Shown piece by piece: positions 34,388-45,000 of a stretch of 64,000 bases of DNA. Made by a program: the position numbers and the translations under genes. The notes beneath the pieces were generated by a model. That model saw only the letters and a list, made by a program, of their open reading frames with translations. It did no database searches and was not told the origin of the DNA. Numbering within the stretch: position 1 is the first letter of the stretch; each line of letters opens with the position of its first letter. The stretch is from positions 1,408,001-1,472,000 of the forward strand of contig CM000208.1 of NCBI GenBank assembly GCA_000002445.1. Reading direction: 5' to 3'. Origin of the DNA: Trypanosoma brucei (lineage: Eukaryota).

Positions 34388-37300
34388 CTATTTGTCGCAT
34401 TTGGCAATGCCACAATCAACACAAACATCGGCTTCGTCAAGATTCTTTGCTTCACAGTTACTGCAAATCCAAGAAGGGATGCTTTCGCACCACTCACCGT
34501 TGATGACATCCACAGTCTCGTCAAGTTCTTCACAACCCAAATCCCCTGCACACCATTCCTCGGCATCACTCACTAGACAGCTTTCTGGCGCAGATGTTTC
34601 AGTGCCGCTGCCCTCCTCGCTGCATTGCAACAAGCACTCCACGGTATCTCCTTCCTCTTGAGAAGTGCCAAGTGTTTTAGGTCCATAACAACAAACACTC
34701 GAATCAATTGGCTGAAAAGAAACCCCACAGACATCTTTTGTGATCATGTTGGCAACTACACTACCCCTGTGATCGGTGGCGGTAAACGGGGAGAGCGTTC
34801 CTGGGATGATTGAGTCGTCTCTGGGGCCAACACCGGCAGGTGTTGGCGAGATGCAGCCGTTTTCCCTTGTTCCTTCGGCTACAGAAAGGGAATCGACAGC
34901 GCCCCTCACCAGGGGGTGGAGTCCTGAGCTGGAGACGAGCGAGCCAACATCATTGATAACCTCGGACATAACCGCCCCACAGTGTTCACAGCGCTCTTTC
35001 TCATCCAAAAAAGTTAGCCGGAAGCACGCGCGACAGCTGGTATGCGTGCGCATATTTCCCAACCTACGCGCATTGCCGCATTCCAAGCAAGCTGGTACCG
35101 AATAGGCATTTGCCACACCGCAACTGCGGCACTGCCATCTGCTAGGTATCTCCAAACTCCGCTCCGTTCGGTCCGAGTTGCACCGCGGGCATTGCTTACG
35201 TTCCTTCAACGCACCACCTGAAGCCACAGCCGTACTGCACACATCACACACCCACGTAATCTCGTCCATATTGAACCGCCGTGGTTCCCCACATCCGGTG
35301 CAGCGGCGAGAATTTTTTCCATTCTGACCGTAGCCACACTTCTCACAGTGCCAATCATCCGACACCAAACGTGCCCGGCAGCGAAAACAGCTCTTTCGAA
35401 GGAAGTTGTTTGGCACTGAGCAATGTGGGCAAACAACAACCTCAAGTTTTTTCTTGACGGAACCGCAGGACGAACAGCGACTGTCACCAGACTGCTGGCA
35501 TTTCGACCCGCACTGTCCACAAACCCAATGCCGCGGATGGGCGCTCCCACAGTAATCACACTGAAATACATCAGCTTCGTTCCGCCTGCGGCACATATAG
35601 CAACGCCATGGTTTTACCGCTTGCGGAGCTGCGCCACAACCCAAACAGCGAGCGCGTTCATCCCTATTGGTGCTGCAGCAAGCACTGCACCGCCAGTAGC
35701 CAAAAGGAGCCTCGCGGGTTACGCCACAGCAAGACGTCACCGTCGCGCCCAGCAGATTTCTGCAGTAGGGACAACGCCACTCGCCCGTTTCGGTAGTGTT
35801 GACGCTGCAAGGGATAAATGTGTCAGAGAACTTTGTTTCCGTTACTTCAGCACCATCCCCACCCAAATGTTTTCCTCCGCCCACAGTAGCTTGGTCAGTT
35901 TTGCACTGCCCCTCATTCGGCAGCACAGTCCCGGTTTCGGTCAAACAAGACGCTGTGCCTTTTGTCTCACTTGTCAATGAATCCGCAGCAATGGATTTTG
36001 GCGGCCCTCTAGAGTCCACAACAACCCTCGGTTTCAGACATATATCACAAAAACCAACGTTGCGTCGTTGAAGAACGTTGCATTCCGTACACCACCAGGT
36101 GCCGCGCTCCGCAGCCTTAACTCTAGCAGCAGTTGCAGCACAGTCTTCCATGACAGCGGAATCCCTGGTATTTTTCTCATCTCCAAGGGAAAGCTGGACT
36201 TGCTCCCGGTGGTTATTGTGCTGCTCACTCTCCGCTTTGGTCCCGTCATGTGCTTCTCCGGTGCATTCAACTGACGGTCCCACCTTTCCTTCACCAGCAT
36301 CCTCGGCCACGTCGTTGGTTGTTGGCGGTGTTCCGCCTCGATTATTGGATTGAGCGCAATTTTCATCCTCCACTGCGGAGTTTGCGGCACTTTTATCTTC
36401 TGGAGCGAGACCACTCTCAACCTTTAACTGCAACTTCCGAACACTGTTCATCATCCCCAATGGTGTCATGCACATGAAGCACATTTCCCACTGCACGTCG
36501 TTCCGTTGGCGGCAGCTCGGACAGAGAACCGTAGAGTCGGACACGAGCCTCCGGCGGACGGAATGACAGTTTCGACACTCTGTGAAGAATATTGAGTTCT
36601 TGTCGTGTCCGCAACTGGAACAAGACCAACGAAAAGGGCGGTCGGCGTAACACGTGGCGCACTGCACGGACCCGCGAGAGTTGATATGGCAACATGAAGG
36701 ACAATACCACTCTCTGATCCCCGGGAAAGGGTCACCACAGCTCTCACAAGAAAATTTGCTTCGGTTCGTTGCATCGGCGGGGCACGGGTTGTTATTATGC
36801 CCGCAGGAGTGGCACGTCCATATGGCCGGAAAGAGTGGTAGGTGCCGTGCTGGTGCTGTATTGTGCTTACAAGATTCTAAACTGCTCTGTTTACAGGATC
36901 TGCATGTCCTGCGCCCGATAAAGTTGTAGGTGCGGCAACCACAACACATCCATTCTAGTGCCGCCTCACCCACGAGTCTTGCGCCGTCCTTTAACCGCTT
37001 CGTGTGAATTGCCTGACGTATGTGCGAATACTTTGCGAGGTGATTGTTTGCGCGCCTTGTGGGAGTGATAGGCGAACTGCTAGGCAATGACTCCGCAGAT
37101 TCCCCTTCTACAAACATGGCGTCAGCTAATGTGTTATCCTCCGCGGCAGTTACTTCAACACCGCCTTCCAGATGCGCACGCACCAGTTCCTGAGACTCAA
37201 TTACGCCGGTGCTAACCCATGCCGTAACAGTTGATTGTGTTGGTGGCGCACTCACATCTTGCACCAAGAGGCGTGCCAACTGCTCCTCATCTTCCAAATC

Positions 37301-37399
37301 CTCGTCCCGTAAAGTGTGCAGAAACTTCCTTCCCGCCATGTGTCGCGACGACCCTCGCAAGGCCGTCTTCAAGAGCCCTAGGATTGGTGGGCGCCACAT
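34388..37399 (-). CDS. poly-zinc-finger protein with about 12-14 RanBP2-type (ZnF_RBZ) fingers
   Basis: Repeated W-x-C-x2-C-x3-N-x6-C-x2-C modules: WICSNCEAKNLDEADVCVDCG, WQCRSCGVANAYSVPACLECG, WHCEKCGYGQNGKNSRRCTGCG, WRCYMCRRRNEADVFQCDYCG, WVCGQCGSKCQQSGDSRCSSCG, WRCSACCSTNRDERARCLGCG, WWCTECNVLQRRNVGFCDICL, WSCSSCGHDKNSIFFTECRNC, WYCPSCCHINSRGSVQCATCY, WMCCGCRTYNFIGRRTCRSC and others. The track ORF starts at GTG 37420; the first ATG is at 37399. Confidence 0.85.
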   Translation of the reverse strand: MWRPPILGLLKTALRGSSRHMAGRKFLHTLRDEDLEDEEQLARLLVQDVSAPPTQSTVTAWVSTGVIESQELVRAHLEGGVEVTAAEDNTLADAMFVEGESAESLPSSSPITPTRRANNHLAKYSHIRQAIHTKRLKDGARLVGEAALEWMCCGCRTYNFIGRRTCRSCKQSSLESCKHNTAPARHLPLFPAIWTCHSCGHNNNPCPADATNRSKFSCESCGDPFPGIREWYCPSCCHINSRGSVQCATCYADRPFRWSCSSCGHDKNSIFFTECRNCHSVRRRLVSDSTVLCPSCRQRNDVQWEMCFMCMTPLGMMNSVRKLQLKVESGLAPEDKSAANSAVEDENCAQSNNRGGTPPTTNDVAEDAGEGKVGPSVECTGEAHDGTKAESEQHNNHREQVQLSLGDEKNTRDSAVMEDCAATAARVKAAERGTWWCTECNVLQRRNVGFCDICLKPRVVVDSRGPPKSIAADSLTSETKGTASCLTETGTVLPNEGQCKTDQATVGGGKHLGGDGAEVTETKFSDTFIPCSVNTTETGEWRCPYCRNLLGATVTSCCGVTREAPFGYWRCSACCSTNRDERARCLGCGAAPQAVKPWRCYMCRRRNEADVFQCDYCGSAHPRHWVCGQCGSKCQQSGDSRCSSCGSVKKKLEVVVCPHCSVPNNFLRKSCFRCRARLVSDDWHCEKCGYGQNGKNSRRCTGCGEPRRFNMDEITWVCDVCSTAVASGGALKERKQCPRCNSDRTERSLEIPSRWQCRSCGVANAYSVPACLECGNARRLGNMRTHTSCRACFRLTFLDEKERCEHCGAVMSEVINDVGSLVSSSGLHPLVRGAVDSLSVAEGTRENGCISPTPAGVGPRDDSIIPGTLSPFTATDHRGSVVANMITKDVCGVSFQPIDSSVCCYGPKTLGTSQEEGDTVECLLQCSEEGSGTETSAPESCLVSDAEEWCAGDLGCEELDETVDVINGEWCESIPSWICSNCEAKNLDEADVCVDCGIAKCDK

Positions 37400-37887
37400 G
37401 TGTACCACCCTCGCAATCACCTAATAAGCGTAGTAAAGGGCAATAACAAAATCAACACGGGAAAGGGGCGGAGAAGTGAGACGGTCCCCAAGAAGAGTAA
37501 CGGTGAGAGCACAAAATGAAAGTCTAAAGATACAGGAACACTGAGATGAGAGGTAAATAGTCATCGTTAGAAAATTTCGACATTATGTGTGAACTAAAAT
37601 TCCCCGCTAAGCCGTGGCGATCCGTAACGATGTCACTTTGATAAGATCCAATTCGAAAACGAAAGGAAGAAGAAATCACTACCCCATCAGTGATGTAACA
37701 CGAACATGCACCTTTTTACCACGGAAGCTACGAAAAGAAAAAAAATTAAGTAGGTCGCTTTCCGGCAGTAGGTAAAAGACCAATATGAAATAGCGACGGT
37801 GCGAGAATCTGTGACAACGTCTATCCAGCGTGATAGTTATTTGCCGCTGTTATAGCAAGCAAAGTTAAATAAACGAATAGGAATGTC

Positions 37888-39528
37888 TCAAATTTTGACG
37901 GGCTTCCGCACAAAAGCACGCCGCGGGGCAACCGCTACCGTCTTCGTTGCTCCACATTTGTGGCACTCCTGTCTGTTCTTAAAGTTCTTGGAAAAGCACT
38001 TGCCGCAAGTCCAATCATCCGTCTTTTTGTTCCACACGTTTACTTGACCTTCCGCTACGTTGTCGTCGGACGTCTGTTGGAAACCTTCCTTCTCAAAGTG
38101 GGGCGCAGAGTCGTCTTCTGACCACGTGGTAGCACCCGACTCTGAAGACGCCCGACCGCATTGCCAACAACTTGCACGAGTGCGGAAGTTGCTCGCCTGA
38201 CAGTGGCGGCAGAACCAGTTATTGTGGCTCACACTTAGGCCGGCGCCCCCGTCAAAACCTCCATCGCCCCCACTTGCACCACCGTTGTAAGAAGCGTCTG
38301 CTGTACTTCGTGCAGCTCCGCATTGGTAACATGAAGTTCTGGACGCAAAATTAAGACCTTGACACTCCTCACAGTTCCAATCCTGTTTAAACGGCATCCG
38401 GCGGCGATTAGCCGAAAATCCAGCACGTCCGGCATTCTGCGATGGTGGTTGCACGTCTCGAGCCTCCTTCGGTTCTGTCGGGGGCCTTGCTTTGTTACAA
38501 GCTCTACAACTTCGCTCATAAATACATGTAGCTGTTCTGCAGTCGGAGCATACCCAAGATATAGAAATGGTAACACGGCAATTAAAGCACCTAGCGCGAG
38601 TCATGTGATTCACTGCACCGCAGTGGCAGCACTCCCATTCTGTTGGCTCTATGTGTTTGCCGCACCCCGTGCAACATTCCTCATCCCCAGAATTGATGAC
38701 GGCGCAACTGGGTTCTCGACACATCCAATCGAATCCAGGAGGCCCTGAAGGAGCTCCCGGTGAGGAAGCGGGGCGCGGTTTCCTCAATATGCGCGAATGC
38801 TTAGTTCCCTGAGGCGTAGGCGCGAAAGGTTTCACCTCGGGAATGTCAAACATTGTGCGTGGTGCCGGTGGAACTCCCTGTTTCAATGCTGCCGGTAACT
38901 CCGAAGCACCGGCCATCTCATCACCGAACTGTTCATCGGCATCCTTCGCGGAAAGGGCATCGAACCGCTCCTGAGTCTCTCGAAGGCGCTCGGATCGCTC
39001 CTGCTGTATTCTCAATGCCTCAGCTTCAGTCATTGTCATGGGGGCCATATCATAACCGCAGAAACCACAACAACTATTATCATCCAAGTCGTCGATGCGA
39101 TTGTTCTTCTCACAGGCCGCGCACATCCAAAACTCGCTGCTTTTTTCCGCTGGTGCAGCGCACTTGTGACATTTCTTTACCCCCTTGTGGTTTCGGGTGC
39201 TGCACTCAACGCATAACCAGCCCTTAAGGTTCGGCTTCACCTCCCCACACGATTCGCAGTGGGTTGCACCGGGTGCATTCACGTGTCGGCACTCTTCCTT
39301 CACACACATCCACGTCCGGTTTGTCCTAACTGCCCATGATTGTAGAAGCGCGGCGGTTGGCATGCAGAAAGCTGCAACCTGCGTCGCGTAGGCTGGACAG
39401 TATGCAGTTCGCCCAGCGCATGGGGCGCAAAAACAAACGGCACCGCCGCAGCTGGAATTAGATCGTCCCACATTTAACAGAGGCGCTAGTGGTGCACGTA
39501 TGTAGCGCTTCATGGAATGTAAATACAT
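37888..39528 (-). CDS. poly-zinc-finger protein with about 9 RanBP2-type fingers (paralogue-like neighbour of 34388..37399)
   Basis: WTCGKCFSKNFKNRQECHKCG, WFCRHCQASNFRTRASCWQCG, WNCEECQGLNFASRTSCYQCG, WMCREPSCAVINSGDEECCTGCG, WECCHCGAVNHMTRARCFNCR, WVCSDCRTATCIYERSCRACN, WMCAACEKNNRIDDLDDNSCCGFCG, WLCVECSTRNHKGVKKCHKCA, WMCVKEECRHVNAPGATHCESCG. The track ORF starts at GTG 39531; the ATG is at 39528. Confidence 0.85.
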   Translation of the reverse strand: MYLHSMKRYIRAPLAPLLNVGRSNSSCGGAVCFCAPCAGRTAYCPAYATQVAAFCMPTAALLQSWAVRTNRTWMCVKEECRHVNAPGATHCESCGEVKPNLKGWLCVECSTRNHKGVKKCHKCAAPAEKSSEFWMCAACEKNNRIDDLDDNSCCGFCGYDMAPMTMTEAEALRIQQERSERLRETQERFDALSAKDADEQFGDEMAGASELPAALKQGVPPAPRTMFDIPEVKPFAPTPQGTKHSRILRKPRPASSPGAPSGPPGFDWMCREPSCAVINSGDEECCTGCGKHIEPTEWECCHCGAVNHMTRARCFNCRVTISISWVCSDCRTATCIYERSCRACNKARPPTEPKEARDVQPPSQNAGRAGFSANRRRMPFKQDWNCEECQGLNFASRTSCYQCGAARSTADASYNGGASGGDGGFDGGAGLSVSHNNWFCRHCQASNFRTRASCWQCGRASSESGATTWSEDDSAPHFEKEGFQQTSDDNVAEGQVNVWNKKTDDWTCGKCFSKNFKNRQECHKCGATKTVAVAPRRAFVRKPVKI

Positions 39529-40440
39529 CACCCCTTCCTTAAATGTTTTTTTTTGGAGGTGATTCAGTCTTCAAAATCCTCCCACTCAACGGGTGCCAAC
39601 CCTACTGATTTCCCTTATGTTTAGATAACAGTTTCACGTTAGAGCGGGTAGTTTCTCCCCTAACATTCTGAGTCCCAAATGTTTTGCGTTTGCGGAAGGA
39701 AGTTAGTAATGAAGAGTGATGAAGGGGAAAACCCAAGGAAAACGAGAGTTTAATAGCACGCGGGGTACACAGAAAACAGCTGCAAGTTATAAACACCTCA
39801 GTCACTGCATCGAAACCCGAACAATGATTGGGTCGCTTTCGCTGTTGCTGGTCGTTTCTTCTTTTTTTTCCCCTGCTTAAATGACGGAAAATACGCCTTA
39901 CTAGTCATGTTACGTTCTTCTTTTATGGCGTTGGCATCTCCATAACTTTTGCATTTTTTAATCTCTTTTTTCTGGTCTTGTTTTCTTAATTTACCGCTGG
40001 CGAATGGGAAAGTAGGGGCCGTAAAAGGCTATAGTAATCATCGTACTCCCGTTTCCTCTTAGGCTCAGAAATTCTCCCCTTCATAATCTCACATTTCCCT
40101 TCCTTTCCTCTCATATTTCTTTTTTTATAAATATATAAATATATATATATATATAATTATTATTATTGTTGATTTACGGTTGAGGAGGCTGCGGCAAAAG
40201 GTCGTTGAGATGATGAAGGTGTTTGGCAATAGCGACGATCTGAGTTGGGGGGGGGGGGGGAATCGGGGTACTGCACAACCTCCTCCACTCGTAACGTTTG
40301 CTATCAATCAGTACACCGCTTGCCATAACTCGCCACATTCCAAACGACCCCGTCCAAATGTCTGACAAGAACAAAGGGTGAAAAATACTTCTGTCCCTCC
40401 CCAACACCGTGCTCATGGAATAGCCTCGAGAGGATTTGAC

Positions 40441-41046
40441 TTAGATCTTGTTCCAAGCAACAATATCCATCGACTGAACATCATCCCCGAAAGACATGAT
40501 CATCTCTTCCAGGTCATCTCCAGATACCTTATCGTCCTCGATGACAACCAACTGTTGCAGTTTCTTAACTCCGAACGCAATGGGCACCAGTTTGTGGTCA
40601 CCCCACAGTAGACCATCTCTCTTAATTGCGTGGAGTTTCTGTGCGAGTCCATCTAAGTCCACTGTGTCATCCCACGGCTTGATGTCAAACAGGATTGATG
40701 ACTTTGCAATGATCACCTTCTTGGAGCTCTTTGCTGCAGCATCCTTCTTCTTCTTAGCCTCCAGGGCCGCAAGTTCCTCTTCAGTGGCCTCACCAAAAAG
40801 ATCGATATCATCATCATCACCGGCAGCAGCTTTGGTCGTCGCGGACGTCTTTGATGCGGTTGCTCCTTTCGTCAGCTGGACGCGTTCCGCCTGATAATAA
40901 GCCGCCATGCGAGCAGCCCATTGAATCACAGCGGTATTAGAACCAAACATCTCACTGAAGATACGAGCGTCTTCTTTACTCGGTGTGAACCCCGAGACGT
41001 ATGGTTGTGCGCTCAGGCGACCGTTGATTTCCTTTAGCGATGACAT
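40441..41046 (-). CDS. EF1B: translation elongation factor 1-beta (EF-1B guanine-nucleotide exchange factor)
   Basis: GST-C-like N-terminus, acidic linker [15 protein letters not shown], and the conserved exchange domain [27 protein letters not shown]...[23 protein letters not shown] at 41046 checked. Confidence 0.9.
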   Translation of the reverse strand: MSSLKEINGRLSAQPYVSGFTPSKEDARIFSEMFGSNTAVIQWAARMAAYYQAERVQLTKGATASKTSATTKAAAGDDDDIDLFGEATEEELAALEAKKKKDAAAKSSKKVIIAKSSILFDIKPWDDTVDLDGLAQKLHAIKRDGLLWGDHKLVPIAFGVKKLQQLVVIEDDKVSGDDLEEMIMSFGDDVQSMDIVAWNKI

Positions 41047-42037
41047 CGTCTTCGTACCTGTTTGTATCTCGTAGTAAGTCTTCGATAGTTATACTTCCTT
41101 TATAAAAGGATAATAATCGTCAAGAGAAAGTACTCAAAAAAAAAAAAAAAGACAATTCGTTGACCACGCTAGGCATGCAAATATGGAGGCAGTTCACAAA
41201 ACAAAAATTTGTATTAAACTCAAACTACTGAATGAAAAGTTAGAAAAGTTTTCAATGTCCCTCAATCGACAGTGCTGCAGTCACATAAGTCCTCCAGTTT
41301 TGCGAGACAATGCAGTAAACTAAATAGTCGATCCACCGATAAACGTCCACACCCCGTAGTTCCATTTACTTAAAGTCACGAACCACCTCGGAGAAGCCAT
41401 AATGGAGAAATTTGTCTGCTGATCCCATACGTAACTCAGTCAGGGGAATACACGCACAACCATCCTTCTTTACAATTTTGTTCAGTTGCTGTCGGACGGT
41501 TTTCAATCTTATCAGTGGATAATCGTAATATGCCAACGGTGAGGGTTAAAAAAAAAAAAGAAAAGGGGGAGAGGGCTGGGTTGCGCACATTGGGCAACTA
41601 AAGGTCATCATAATCAATGAATAGCAACCCCTCACACCCATGTATTTTCACCCCTCACCGCGGAAACAAATGAAGTTGATGCAGATGGGTTTTAGCAAAG
41701 GAAGGAGATCCAAGCTTACACACGGAAAAAAGGAAAAAAGAAACAGACAAGCACGCACGAAAAAAAAAAAAGAGAAAATGAATGAAAAGGCAAGAAAGTA
41801 ATGTAAAGAAGGGAGCATATATGGACCCCCGCACTACGCGAGATGTCTCGGCTACGTATTCTCAACCTGCTAATCTAACCTCGACAAAACTACAAACGAA
41901 CAAGGCAAACACACCAACACGAGCAGCCAATAACAATTTAACCGAAATAACAATAGCAACCAAGGCACCCCAACAGCTAGACTCACACCACACACAAAAA
42001 TCAATTAACATATACACACACTAACACGAACTACATG

Positions 42038-45000
42038 TTATTTAATGGATGCATGACGGCCGTGGTAATCACCAATCAGTAAAGTCCTCACCGACTCACG
42101 CACCAAAGCTGGTAATATTGGCGGCAGTTTCTTTTTGATAGCCTCGGGGGTGAGATTCTGTTTAATTTCTTCTAGAGTGCACACCCCAGCGAACTGTTCA
42201 GCCGAGACGTACTTTAGCAAATCCTTTGTGCCTATCGCTTTCCTTATGTCTCTTGCTTGCTGCCTCCTCAAGATGTAAGTTTGGTCAGTTTGTTCCGAAG
42301 AGACGGAGCTGTTGCTTCTTAAATGAGCTTGTTCCATTGATGCATACCCCTTTGACGGCGCGGCCCGCACCAATAGGTGAATCTCATCCTTAATGAGAGA
42401 GGCAAGAGCGACGTGCAACCACCTGTAGAATTCCTCTGTTGTCGTCTGCGTAACAAAAGAAGACCAACTCGCACGCAGGGCGTAATTGTGGGCACCAACG
42501 GACTCAATAAACAAGCGCTCCGCGTTGTCACTTGCAGAGCAATTCTGCTGCACTCTCCTCCTAACGGATTCGTACGCGCCATAGGATACAAAATCATCCA
42601 CGCAAGTAACGGAGTCATTGCAAACCTCTCGGTGCATATCACTTGAACCAACCACACGTTCAACTGCGTTGCATCGCACGTTTGCATCGCTCTCGCACGA
42701 CGCAGCTTCCAGGAAACCACATGTTACTTCCGACTTCTCGCCACCAACAATATATGGAAGCGCATCGTTAGAAAATGTGGCACTGTCCACATCGGGAAGT
42801 GTGCCACCCGCCGTGTTTTCGCGGACGGCTGTCTTTTTGAAGTTGCGCCCGCTTTCCAAGTAGTGAGGATGAATATTAGGTGTTGCGTCAGGTTCCTGTA
42901 GAACCTTAGCATAGAACTCAGCAGTGTTTCCTACGCCCCCAAGTATACCTGCAACCGGTCGAGTGATGAGTCCCACAGCTCCGGTGGCAACGCCAGTAAC
43001 GAAACCTGTCAAGCCTGAGGTTCGCACGCCGTTGAGCGGACGTGAGAAAACGCCCGCAATGCCATCACGTAAGCCCTGCCCCATACCCCACAGCACTCCT
43101 CCCTTCTTCGCAGGGTCACCTACGCGGTGATGCCCTTCACTCACTTGCTCAAGCCACTCGTTGTCCCACGAGAAGTTCGCCGCAGTGCGACTGCCGGCAT
43201 GGGAAATTAACCCAACGGAGTGCAAAGTGGAGGATGTCGTCGTACACAGGAAGTCACGCAACCCCTTAAGCATATTCATTTCTGCTGTCCCAAGTAGAAG
43301 GGATCGGACACCTCTCTTCCACCCACTCAACAGTGCAATAGGATTTCCGAGAACTTCCATGGAACCAACAATCCTAGGAAACTGCAGGGCAAGTTGGTTG
43401 CGATATAGCGGCCACAGTGCTTCCAACAGCGCGCAGCCTACCGAGTTACTTCGCTGGTTTATATCTTCCATACTTATACCGTTTATACTCAAAGGGGCGC
43501 GCTCTACCGAAGGTATGAAACGGCTTATGGAAAATAAACCCGCGAACGGATCGTACAAGCCATCCTTGCGCCGAGTAATGGTAAACTCCAACTCAACTGG
43601 TGATACCTCTAACGTTGCAATGTGATAGTTATTAACAGCACCACGTTCGCGCAGCTCCGTGGTAGATAATTCATCCTTCGTGCTTGGTTTGCAAACATTC
43701 GAACCAGTCACATAACTTTCCTCCGTACTTTTCATCTGACACTGCTCGCTCTCCAAGCAACAAGCCGCCTGCTGGAGCAGAAACAAGAACGTGTCCGACA
43801 CCTTTACGGTAACGGGCGCGACCTTAACAGAGACGCTCCTTATCCGGATGGTTTTCACCTTCTTCTTATTTGAGGTCATATCAATGGCGGCGCGCCGTTC
43901 AGGTACAAGAACATGCAATTGTAGAGAAAGACAGGGTTTCTTCAGTATATTGCCTGAAACGGCACCAACCGCGTCGACGGTATTGATTAGTACAACAACA
44001 GGGTGAACTGGTTCTGGTGTGGTGCAGTCCACGACAGCCACACGACCAACATCCATCCGACCGAAGCAATGCCTTTGATTGAGCGATGCCGTACAGTATA
44101 TTCCAGTCGCTTCCATAAGGATCAAATCCAATTCACGGCACTGGATATAAGACAGTGCTTGTGCGTCCGTAAAGCTAGAGTTCGTTGTGGGCACAAAATG
44201 GAATTTGTTTTGAGTCACAAACGGGGCCAAGGGCGTGTCTAGCAGCGAATGAACTGTTTTCGGAACGCATTTGGAGGCAACGTAGAGCGACACCGTGTGG
44301 ACAAGCACTTCCAAATGCAGGATACGTTGTGGCCTAAATACAAGGGCACTTTCAAGAGAGCGGTCGCCTGTTACAGAAATGTGATACTTCTGCTGCCCGC
44401 AGTCAAGGGTGCAGAGCACAAACATATCCGGTGCCACCTTTACTCCCTCACACGCAGTTGCGACTTCGTCGAGGTTTATCGTGCAAGTCTGAGAGTACCC
44501 ATAGTCGCCATGCAACGTCAAGCGTATGGCAGCATTCGCGTCGTCACTCTCAAAGCAAGTCACACTGTCGGTGAAGGGTTGCACAATGTATGAACGCTCG
44601 GCCTTTGAGACGCCCGACAAAGAGTGTGGCATCTCTTCGTAAATCAGAAGACGGTTTGTGCGGTTTTCAACAACGATATGCGTACCCCCATCCAGGTCAA
44701 AGTCAACTAAGAAGCGTGACCTCCGCTTGTTCGGCACAATAGAAAGACAAGCAAAATTCTCTGGAATGGGATCATCTCCATAAAGTGGCGGAACACGTAA
44801 TGAGCGGAGTGTTATGACGCCCATTGAATTTAATAGGTTCCGGAACGCTGGATCCCTCCCATCAGTGCTTCCCGTCGAAACGTAATGCTTCATTACAATA
44901 GGCACATTCAAAGTCGACAGCGTTAAAAGCCTCACTTTGTTTGACCAAACGAAGAGGTCACCCACCTCCTTATGGACATAGCAAACTTGCACGAGTGGGT

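Noticed and set aside
41280-41550. Short minus-strand ORF (about 52 codons, ...DGCACIPLTELRMGSADKFLHYGFSEVVRDFK) between EF-1 beta and the VPS13-like gene
   Set aside because: No ATG near its 5' end, and it is below any sensible length threshold. It is probably UTR sequence.
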